This document shows, one piece after another, positions 9,834-18,500 of a stretch of 56,170 nt of DNA. The stretch is from IMG/VR virus record IMGVR_UViG_3300032299_001035; one strand, written 5' to 3'. Under the pieces are notes generated by a model. The model worked only from the letters and a program-made list of their open reading frames with translations, was not told the DNA's origin and did no database searches. The position numbers and the translations under genes are program-made. Within the stretch, counting starts at the first letter, position 1; the number at the start of each line of letters is the position of its first letter. This DNA comes from an uncultured virus (IMG/VR IMGVR_UViG_3300032299_001035) (Duplodnaviria > Heunggongvirae > Uroviricota > Caudoviricetes).

Positions 9834-11576
9834 ATGTCATATCAAATAACTACAAATCCTATAACTAGTGTTGCTAATACATCAGCTGTATCAGGTGGTA
9901 GTAATATTGTAGCAACCGGTACTATTACTTCAAGAGGAATTTGTTGGAGTACAAGTCCTTTACCTGAAATTACTGACAGTATATATTCAATACCTGGACC
10001 TACTACTGCAAATTTTACACATACTATACCATCATTAACTCCTGGCACAACATATTATGTAAGAGCTTTTATTAGAGATAATGTATCACCTACACCTAAT
10101 ACTTATTATGGTAATCAACAATCTTTTATAACTCAAAACATTATTACAACTGCTGCCAGTTCTATTACAGCTACAACAGCAGTTTCAGGTGGTACATTTA
10201 CAGGAATTACTGGTATTATTAGTTCTGTTGGAGTATGTTGGGATTTAGATCCTGCCGTACCTGATATATTTGACAATAATGCAACAAGTATACAAAATGG
10301 AGGTTCTTTTACAACTAACATAATGGGGTTGTTACCAAATACAGCATACAAAATAAGATGTTTTATACAAACAAATTTAGGTGTGGTTTATGGAGATGCT
10401 AAAACATTTACTACATTATCAACAACACCTACTGTAACTACAAGTCCAACTGTTAGTGCTATTGCAGCTACATCTTTTACAGCAGGTGGTAATGTAACAG
10501 CATCAGGAGGTGCAACAGTAAGTGCTAGAGGTATTCAAAGAAGTTTAAGTCCATCAATGTCTTCTCCTACTGATGCACCAGCAAATACTGCTGGAACAGG
10601 TGTTTTTACTGTAAATATAACTGGACTTACAGCAGGAACTACATATTATTTTAGGGCATACGCTACTAATACAGCAACATCTTATGGTCAAATTTATAGT
10701 ACAGCAACATTAGGTGGTCCTACAGTTGTTACAATAGAACCATATAGTATTACTAATAATTCTGCAATTACAGGTTGTGATGTAACAGCTACAGGAGGTT
10801 CAGCTATTACAAGAAGAGGTGTATGTTATAGCAATGTTGAAACATTACCTGCTACAGGTAATTCTATTGTTATTGATGATCTTAATTATGCACAAACAGA
10901 ACCATTTTTAACTACACTTATAAATTTAGATAATGCTACTACTTATTATGTAAGAGCTTTTGCAACTAATAATGTAAGTACATTATATGGTGAAACAGAA
11001 ATATTTAGAACAACTGAATGTAATCCATTTATAGAAGATTGTAATCCTGTAGATCCAGCTGTAGAATGTTCAGAACCAGTTTGTGTATATCCTATTCCAT
11101 CTGCTTGTGCTATATATGATGAAGATAGTATTACTTGTAGTAATAAATCATTTTCAAGTATACCAAGTAATACAGTTTTAGTAAATAATGTAAAATTTGT
11201 AGGTAGTATAACAGGTACTGTTCTTACAGTTACTTCAATAATAGAAGGTACAATAACTAACGGTACTGTTATAAATACTGTTGGTATTACTGCAAATACT
11301 AGTATTGTTGCCCAATTAACAGGAGTTGTTGGTGGAATTGGTACATATACAATTAATAATAGTCAAACACTTACATTAAGAATATTTAAAAATTTAAGAT
11401 ATTCAGCAGATGTAATATTAAATAATATTAATAATTCATTATGTGGTATATATAATAAACAATACATGATAGATTTATTAACAACAATAAAAAATACATA
11501 TTATTTACAAAGTCAATTTTGTGCAATAATGTGTAGTAATTTTAGTAAAAGTATTGGTTGTGCCTGTACACCTTAA
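9834..11576 (+). CDS. Virion protein with four tandem FN3-like repeats and a C-terminal Cys-rich module
   Basis: Four repeats of SGG..RG(I/V)CW..L.PGTTYY(V/F)RA(F/Y)..YG..F.T at about 9843-10135, 10140-10415, 10426-10710 and 10718-11015. Confidence 0.75.
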   Translation: MSYQITTNPITSVANTSAVSGGSNIVATGTITSRGICWSTSPLPEITDSIYSIPGPTTANFTHTIPSLTPGTTYYVRAFIRDNVSPTPNTYYGNQQSFITQNIITTAASSITATTAVSGGTFTGITGIISSVGVCWDLDPAVPDIFDNNATSIQNGGSFTTNIMGLLPNTAYKIRCFIQTNLGVVYGDAKTFTTLSTTPTVTTSPTVSAIAATSFTAGGNVTASGGATVSARGIQRSLSPSMSSPTDAPANTAGTGVFTVNITGLTAGTTYYFRAYATNTATSYGQIYSTATLGGPTVVTIEPYSITNNSAITGCDVTATGGSAITRRGVCYSNVETLPATGNSIVIDDLNYAQTEPFLTTLINLDNATTYYVRAFATNNVSTLYGETEIFRTTECNPFIEDCNPVDPAVECSEPVCVYPIPSACAIYDEDSITCSNKSFSSIPSNTVLVNNVKFVGSITGTVLTVTSIIEGTITNGTVINTVGITANTSIVAQLTGVVGGIGTYTINNSQTLTLRIFKNLRYSADVILNNINNSLCGIYNKQYMIDLLTTIKNTYYLQSQFCAIMCSNFSKSIGCACTP

Positions 11577-11617
11577 TATTTATATATAAAATTGTCAGTT
11601 TGTTGGTTTTCTGGCAT

Positions 11618-11650
11618 GACCCTGGTTAGTCTTAGCCGGGGTCCTTTTTT
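11618..11650 (+). terminator. Rho-independent terminator ending the fibre block
   Basis: GACCCTGGTTA-gtct-TAGCCGGGGTC then CTTTTTT; an 11-bp stem with two G-U pairs. Confidence 0.85.
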
Positions 11651-11711
11651 ATATAAACATTTCATTAACAAAAACAATTAAATATTAGTATTATTTTTAA
11701 AAAAAATTAAC

Positions 11712-12992
11712 ATGACATTTTCAAAAAATTTTGTAAAAACACTGACATTAAAAAAATCAAATTTGTATTGTGCAAAAAAATTAGGCATATCTGAAGAAGA
11801 ATATGTAGCTATGAAAAGAAAATATAGAGAAAATAAAAATGATAAATTTGTTACAATAAAAGAAAATAAAATAATTGAATTTTCTGAAAATGTAAGTGAA
11901 GGTACAGCTAACATAAAAGGGTTTTCAATAACAGAACCAAAGTCAGCAGAAGAAATAGAATCTATTTTAAAAATAGATAAAACAAAATGGTCATTGTCTT
12001 CATATTGGAATAAACAACATAAGAATTCAAAACAAGAAGATTATTGGATTATTTCTGCAATGGTTGTTAAGAAAAAAGAAAATGACATTGTATTTGAAAA
12101 TCTTGAAAGTATATTAAGTGATATATTTAAAGATAAAAAACCATTTGTAAAAGAAAAGAATGTTAAAATAACAAATAATAAATCTTTATTTATATATACT
12201 TCTGATAAACATATTGGTGCTTATGTGGATAAAAATAATGCTATGTATTTAAATGAATACAATGGTGTTACTTATATGCAAAGAATGATGCTAATTGTTT
12301 TAGAAATAAAATATTTAGTAGATATGTTTGGAACATTTGAAGACATTTACATTATTGATTTAGGTGATAGAATGGATGGTTTAAATGGTTATACTACAAG
12401 GGGTGGTCATAAACTTCCACAAAACATGAATGATAAAACAGCATTTGAAACTGCAATAACTGTAGAAAAAGATTTTTATGATTCAATATTTCAAAATCAA
12501 TATGCTGCAAATTATCATATGATTACAAATGCTTGTTCTAATCATGGTGGGGTTTTTGATTATGTAGTAGCTAGAGCTTTAGAAATATATGTAAATACTA
12601 AATATCCTTTTGTAAAAACATCTGTTCAAGAAAAATTTATTCAACATATTGAATATGGAAAACATGTAATATTATTTACACATGGTAAAGATACAGAAGA
12701 TATGAAACATGGATTACCATTACATGTTAATGATAAAACAGAAAATTACATTAATAAATATTTAATGTATCACAATATTGATTTTAAAAATAAAACAGTA
12801 AGTTTAATTAAAGGTGATTTACATAGAGATACTTCTGAAATAACTTACGGGTTTAGATATAAAAATGTACTATCATTATTTGGTGGTTCAAAATGGATAG
12901 GTACAAACTTTGGTCCTACAAAAGCAGGTTGCTCATTTGATATAATAGAAAAGAATACAGATAGAATTTTTGAACATAAAATATTATTCTAA
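11712..12992 (+). CDS. Calcineurin-like metallophosphoesterase with N-terminal HTH-like segment
   Basis: All five motifs are present in order: SDKHIG, LGDRMDG, SNHG, FTHG, GDLH. The N-terminal AKKLGISEEEY is HTH-like. Confidence 0.8.
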   Translation: MTFSKNFVKTLTLKKSNLYCAKKLGISEEEYVAMKRKYRENKNDKFVTIKENKIIEFSENVSEGTANIKGFSITEPKSAEEIESILKIDKTKWSLSSYWNKQHKNSKQEDYWIISAMVVKKKENDIVFENLESILSDIFKDKKPFVKEKNVKITNNKSLFIYTSDKHIGAYVDKNNAMYLNEYNGVTYMQRMMLIVLEIKYLVDMFGTFEDIYIIDLGDRMDGLNGYTTRGGHKLPQNMNDKTAFETAITVEKDFYDSIFQNQYAANYHMITNACSNHGGVFDYVVARALEIYVNTKYPFVKTSVQEKFIQHIEYGKHVILFTHGKDTEDMKHGLPLHVNDKTENYINKYLMYHNIDFKNKTVSLIKGDLHRDTSEITYGFRYKNVLSLFGGSKWIGTNFGPTKAGCSFDIIEKNTDRIFEHKILF

Positions 12993-13010
12993 ACTATATA
13001 AGTTTAAATA

Positions 13011-13045
13011 GGAAAATATATAAAATTAATGTAAATTATAATATA
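13011..13045 (+). promoter_or_regulatory. Putative phage late-promoter motif
   Basis: GGAAAATATATAAAATTAATGTAAATTATAATATA closely matches 28478-28513, GGAATACTCAATAAAATTAAGTAAATTAATAATATA. Confidence 0.5.
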
Positions 13046-13053
13046 ACAATTAT

Positions 13054-13638
13054 ATGAATAAATATAATAAACCAGATCTTAATGCTCCAAGATATAGATA
13101 TAAAGCACATTCAATACTTAATAAAGACTTTTGTGATAGAATAAAAGAAAAAGGTAAAGAATTTAAAGAACTATCTAATGAAGACATTAAGAATGTAGTA
13201 AAAATATTTAATCAGAAGACGTGGGAATCTGTTATAGAATATAGAGACGGTGTTGAATTATTGGAACAATTGGGATATATGTTTATTGGTACTTGTAAAA
13301 AAAAGAAGTACAGTAATCCAGATGTAGAAAAATCTATAGAACATGGAGTACAAATACAACATCAAAATTGGGAATCTGATCAATACTTGGCAAAAATATT
13401 TTATACAAATTATGAAACTAAATACAAGTTTAAGTTTCATGAACTTTGGGGATTTGAAGCACTTAGAGATTTTAAAAGAACTGTAAGTAAAACATATCCA
13501 ACAGAATGGAAAAAATATATAGTTGTTGATAATATGGTAAGAGTTTCTAGATTATTTAGAAAATCATTATATGTGGATAAATTAAAACAAGAAGTAGAAA
13601 CAGCTATTGAAACATATGATGAATTTGATATGAATTAA
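13054..13638 (+). CDS. IHF/HU-like DNA-binding protein (crAss-type)
   Basis: Helix-helix-strand pattern LSNEDIKNVVKIF...GVELLEQLGYMFI...F..LRDFKR. IHF-like genes precede the tail tube genes in crAss-like phages. Confidence 0.55.
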   Translation: MNKYNKPDLNAPRYRYKAHSILNKDFCDRIKEKGKEFKELSNEDIKNVVKIFNQKTWESVIEYRDGVELLEQLGYMFIGTCKKKKYSNPDVEKSIEHGVQIQHQNWESDQYLAKIFYTNYETKYKFKFHELWGFEALRDFKRTVSKTYPTEWKKYIVVDNMVRVSRLFRKSLYVDKLKQEVETAIETYDEFDMN

Positions 13639-13649
13639 AAATAAACAAA

Positions 13650-14336
13650 ATGAGCAAAACAACTATTGGAGAAGTAGTATCTAGGGTTAGGAATCAAATA
13701 AAAGCAGTTAGACAAGATGCTTTTCTAACTGATAGATTTATATATAGTATTGTAGGTAAACATGCTAAATGGTTAATGAAACGTGAAGATTCTAAAAATA
13801 ACCTTATGAAATTTAATTCTATAATGCAAACTTTAGATAAAGTTGAATTAATAGAAATAGATAGAATAGAAGCAGGTTGTATAAACTTATCTACTAATAT
13901 AAAAATAATGAGAACTAGAAATACAATTCCTGTATTTATGCAAGGATATTGGGGTCCATTAATTAGACAAATAACATCTGTAGATGGTCAAATAGATTTT
14001 CAACCAATTGCTCCAACTCAATATGCAATACTTTCACAATCAAAAAATTTTAAATATAACAAAACTAATTACTATTGGTATTTAAATGATAACTTATATT
14101 TTCCAGATATTCAATGGCAGTATGTAAGAATTGAAGGAGTTTTTGAAGATGATATTGCACCATACAAATGTAGTGATTGTAAAAATAATTACAACTGTGT
14201 AGTAAGACAAGATCAAACTTTTAGTGTGCCAGATTATTTATTTGGTGAAATAGAAACAAATGTTTTAAAAGACCTTTCTGTTATGGTACAATTTCCAACA
14301 GATGATGTACATGATAATAAAAATATTACAAGATAA
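13650..14336 (+). CDS. Tail ring / head-tail adaptor protein
   Basis: TIGEVVSRVR N-terminal helix and YYWYLNDNLYF...VRIEGVFED strands; synteny with the crAss tail block. Confidence 0.6.
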   Translation: MSKTTIGEVVSRVRNQIKAVRQDAFLTDRFIYSIVGKHAKWLMKREDSKNNLMKFNSIMQTLDKVELIEIDRIEAGCINLSTNIKIMRTRNTIPVFMQGYWGPLIRQITSVDGQIDFQPIAPTQYAILSQSKNFKYNKTNYYWYLNDNLYFPDIQWQYVRIEGVFEDDIAPYKCSDCKNNYNCVVRQDQTFSVPDYLFGEIETNVLKDLSVMVQFPTDDVHDNKNITR

Positions 14337-14338
14337 TT

Positions 14339-15223
14339 ATGGGAAATACAATAGTTAAATACAGAACTTTTGATGACTTAATGAATGAGGTAAAAGCTGA
14401 TTTTTTTACCTATGAAATGGAAGGTATGATAGAACCAAGTCAGTTAATTAAAATTGCACAAAAAGTTAATTATGATTTAGGTTTAAGAATACATAGTGAA
14501 AAACAAAGGGTACTTGATATATGTGATGGTAAAGTAAGATTACCTGATGATTTTTATGTATTAACTTTAGCATTACTATGTGCTGATTTTAGAATTAAAG
14601 AAGAAGTTATACAAGGAAGACATACAGAAAATGTTATAGTTGATCCAACAGCAACTTGTTGTAGCCGTTGTAATGAACCAGAACCTACATGTTCTTGTGA
14701 AATAACTTATACAGTATGTGATGATGTACATGTTAAAGTTGTAGAAAGAAGAAATTTTATTACTAGAGAATATTCTGAATTTAGAAGATTACGTATTAGA
14801 CCAGCTAAAGCAGTAGATCCTGTATGTTCTAGAAAACCACATGGTCATGATTGGTTAGATGCTGAATTAAAAAATGGATTTTTATATGTACCAGGTATTG
14901 AACAGGGTAAAGTATATTTAAATTATTTAGGAAACATGGAAGATGATGATGGTAACTTATTAGTACTAGATCATCCTATGGTAAATGAATATTATGAATA
15001 TGCAATTAAACAACGTATATTAGAAAATTTATATATGAATGGTGAAGATGTTTCACAAAAAATTAGTTTAATTGAAGGTAGATTAAGACCTGCAAGAAAC
15101 AATGCATTAAGTATGGTTAATACACCTAACTTCCAAGAAATGTATGAAGTGTGGAAAATGAATAGGGAAGCTATGTATGGAAAATACTATGATATGTTTA
15201 AATCTTACTATATAAATTTATAA
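14339..15223 (+). CDS. Tail tubular (ring) protein, P22 gp4-like/crAss Ttub, with a Cys-rich insertion
   Basis: KVRLPDDF and GKVYLNYLG..DDDGNLLVLDHP motifs; located just before the tail stabilisation gene. Confidence 0.65.
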   Translation: MGNTIVKYRTFDDLMNEVKADFFTYEMEGMIEPSQLIKIAQKVNYDLGLRIHSEKQRVLDICDGKVRLPDDFYVLTLALLCADFRIKEEVIQGRHTENVIVDPTATCCSRCNEPEPTCSCEITYTVCDDVHVKVVERRNFITREYSEFRRLRIRPAKAVDPVCSRKPHGHDWLDAELKNGFLYVPGIEQGKVYLNYLGNMEDDDGNLLVLDHPMVNEYYEYAIKQRILENLYMNGEDVSQKISLIEGRLRPARNNALSMVNTPNFQEMYEVWKMNREAMYGKYYDMFKSYYINL

Positions 15224-15225
15224 AT

Positions 15226-15579
15226 ATGGCATTTAAAAAAAGCATAAATATTGAAACATTTAATAGTAAACTTGAAGTGGTTATTACTGATACTGTTCAA
15301 AAAGAAATAAAAAAAGTTTATGATTTATATAAAATTAAATATGAAGATCCTGTTGAAGTAGAAGGTGTACTTATAAATGTTAGTATAGAAAAATATCATT
15401 TATTAATTGATAAAAAATATTTAACACATAATACAATTGCACATGAAATTTATCATGCAACAGTAAGAATAACAGAAGATAGAGATGTAGTTGATGAAGA
15501 AACACAAGCTTGGTTATGTGGATATATTACACAAAAAATATATGAATTTATTAAATTAAAAAAATTAGAAATTAAATAA
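15226..15579 (+). CDS. Minimal zincin-like metallopeptidase
   Basis: TIAHEIYHAT (intact HExxH) with a downstream EETQAWL supplying a candidate third ligand; 117 aa. Confidence 0.7.
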   Translation: MAFKKSINIETFNSKLEVVITDTVQKEIKKVYDLYKIKYEDPVEVEGVLINVSIEKYHLLIDKKYLTHNTIAHEIYHATVRITEDRDVVDEETQAWLCGYITQKIYEFIKLKKLEIK

Positions 15580-15581
15580 CA

Positions 15582-18500
15582 ATGGCAAATAATCAGGCAT
15601 CACTTGAAACAAATTCTTTTACTAAAGGTATGGCAAAAGACCCCAATGAAACATACATTGGTGAAGGGGTGTGGACACATGCTAGAAATTTGGTTAATAA
15701 TTCACATGATGGACAAATAGGTGTTGTTGGTAATGAACCCTCTAATAAATTTTGTGTAGATTTACCTTTTACTTTAATTGGTTGTATACAATTAGCTGAT
15801 AATCAATGGGCTATGTTTACTACTGATAATATAAATAGTGAAATTGGAATATTTAATGACCTTACATGTACTTATACTCAATTAGTAAGAAATGCTTGTT
15901 TAAATTTTAATACAAAACATTTAATAACAGGAGCATCAAGAAGAACATTTGATTGTTCAGAAAAAATATATTGGTCTGATGGAAATAATCCTGATAGGGT
16001 TTTAGATATTACTAATATACCTTGGAAACAAACTTGTACAGATGATAATGGAATTAGTATTACAAACCCTCCGGGAATATGGCCAGCAGGTGCACCTACA
16101 GGTTGTATTACATGTACTGATACTACAGAATTAAATTGTGAACAACTTAGACTTGCACCTTTATTAACAGTTCCTTGTTTAACATTAGAAAAAGCAACAG
16201 GTTCTGGTACATTAATTAACGGTACATATCAAGTAGCTGTAGCTTATATGATTAATGAAATTAAAGTTACAGATTATTTAGTTATATCAAATCCTGTATC
16301 TATTTTTGATCATTCAGGTGTAGGTGGTGCAATTAATTTAACTGTATCAAATACTGATCCTGATTTTACAGAAATGGAAGTTGTAGTTATATCTATTGTT
16401 AACTCTCAAACTGTAGCAAAACAATTAGGTGTATATTCAACAAGACAATCTGTTATTTATATTGATAATTTAGATCCTAGTTTAGTTACAGTATCAATAG
16501 CATCTTTACCACTTATAACTCCTGCTATAGAAAAATCAGATGGAATTTTTCCTTTACAAAATTATTTATTAAGAGTAGGTACATATACAAAACCTGATTT
16601 TAATTATCAACCACAAGCAAACAGAATTATTGCTAAATGGCAATCAGTTGAATATCCTGAAGATTATTATCATAAAGCAGGTATTAATGTTGGTTATATG
16701 AGAGATGAAGTATATTCATTTTTTATAAGATGGATATATAATACAGGTGATAGATCAGCATCATATCATATACCAGGAAGACCTTTAGGTTATTTTGGTA
16801 CTAATGATACTAACTGGCAAACAGAAAATACAGCTAGAATTTTATCTACACCAAATACATTATTACCTGATGGTGGTACATTAGTTGCAACAGGTTTAAT
16901 GGGATATTGGCAATCTTCAGAAAAATATCCTGATGATAATAATATAGTATGGAATCAACCTAATAATACTCCAGCACAATTTAATTTATGTGGTAAAAAT
17001 ATTAGACATCATAAATTTCCTGATAATACATTAAATAATCATTTTGTTAACAATGGTGGTTCAATAAGAGTGTTAGGTGTTACTTTTGAAGGAATAACAG
17101 AACCTAAAGATATTAACGGTAATATTATAACTTCTATAGTAGGATATGAAATATTAAGAGGTTCAAGAGAAGGTCAAAAATCTATTATTGCAAAAGGTAT
17201 AATTAATAATATAAAACAATATAATATTATTGATGCAAATACTAATAATCCTACAGGACAAACTGCATTAATGCAAAATTATCCTTATAATGATATTTTA
17301 TCTGGAGATCCTTTTTATGAAAGTAATGTCGGTATGACTGCTCTTAATAATTATGTATCTTTTCATTCTCCAGAAACTACATTTCAAAATCCATATTTAG
17401 GTGATGTTGATTTAAGAATATATGGATCTGTAAATGGTACAATGTCAGGTGTATATGAAAATCCATATAAACATCCTGAATTTAAAATATTAGGACAAAG
17501 AAGTACAGATGCTGTAAATGGAACTGCATTAGTTGTATCTATATTACATGTTGCTTCAATTATTGCAGGAGGTTCTCCAATTACTATAGAAGGTACTGCT
17601 GAAATGCCTTATAAAATGGTATTAGGTGTAGAACCAGGTCCATCACCAGGTGGTTTAGTAGGTCCAGGTATAATTGCATATGCTGCTAAAATTCTTATAA
17701 ATATTGTTGCAGCCGTAAGTTATTATGCATTAATAGGTACTAAATTAAATGCTCAAAAATTAGCTGATTTAGTAACTGCATTAATTGGTACAGAACAATA
17801 TGCTTGTCAATTTAATTCACATGGATATTATAATACTTTTACTGCAAATACTACAACAATAAGTGTTAGTGATTATGGATATATTAAAAATAATGTACAA
17901 TCTTTTGATAGTAAAACTGTAAACAATCTTTATAGAGATCCTTATGTAATATTAAAAACAACATCTGCTGTTCCAAATGCAGGGTTAGATAATTCATTGA
18001 ATATTTTAGGATTAGCTGGAGAAAGAGTTAACAGATCAATTTCATCAAATTATGGTGCACTTAAAGCAAATTTTGCATCACAATATGGACAAATAGATTC
18101 AATAAGACAAATACCAATTACAAGTTGTGTTTATAAATATAATGAAATGCCAATATTATTTGGTGGTGATACTTATATAAACAGATATACAGAAAAAAAT
18201 CAATATTTATTTTTTAATGATTGGTTAATAGATCAACCACAAGATTATACATATAATTATAAATATTATCAAAATGTTATTGGAACTAAATATTGGGTAG
18301 ATAATAGAAAAATTTATTCAACAGACAATGGTAACTATGATGTTACTACTGGTAATTTTCTTTCTCCTAATACTATATTATTTATAAGACCAAGATTAAA
18401 TTATAGTTTAGTACAAAGAGATCCTGTTACTAATCTTTTAGTATCTATAGGTGGACCTAATAGACCTTCAGAAGTAGATAAAAATTGGAAAATAGATCCA

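Noticed and set aside
9834..11015. CRISPR array or DGR template/variable repeat pair
   Set aside because: The repeats are degenerate protein-level FN3 units. There are no identical spaced DNA repeats, no adenine-specific mismatch pair and no reverse transcriptase in the window.
11577..11711. tRNA gene in the largest intergenic gap
   Set aside because: No cloverleaf or T-loop GTTC consensus; the structure is explained by two hairpins.
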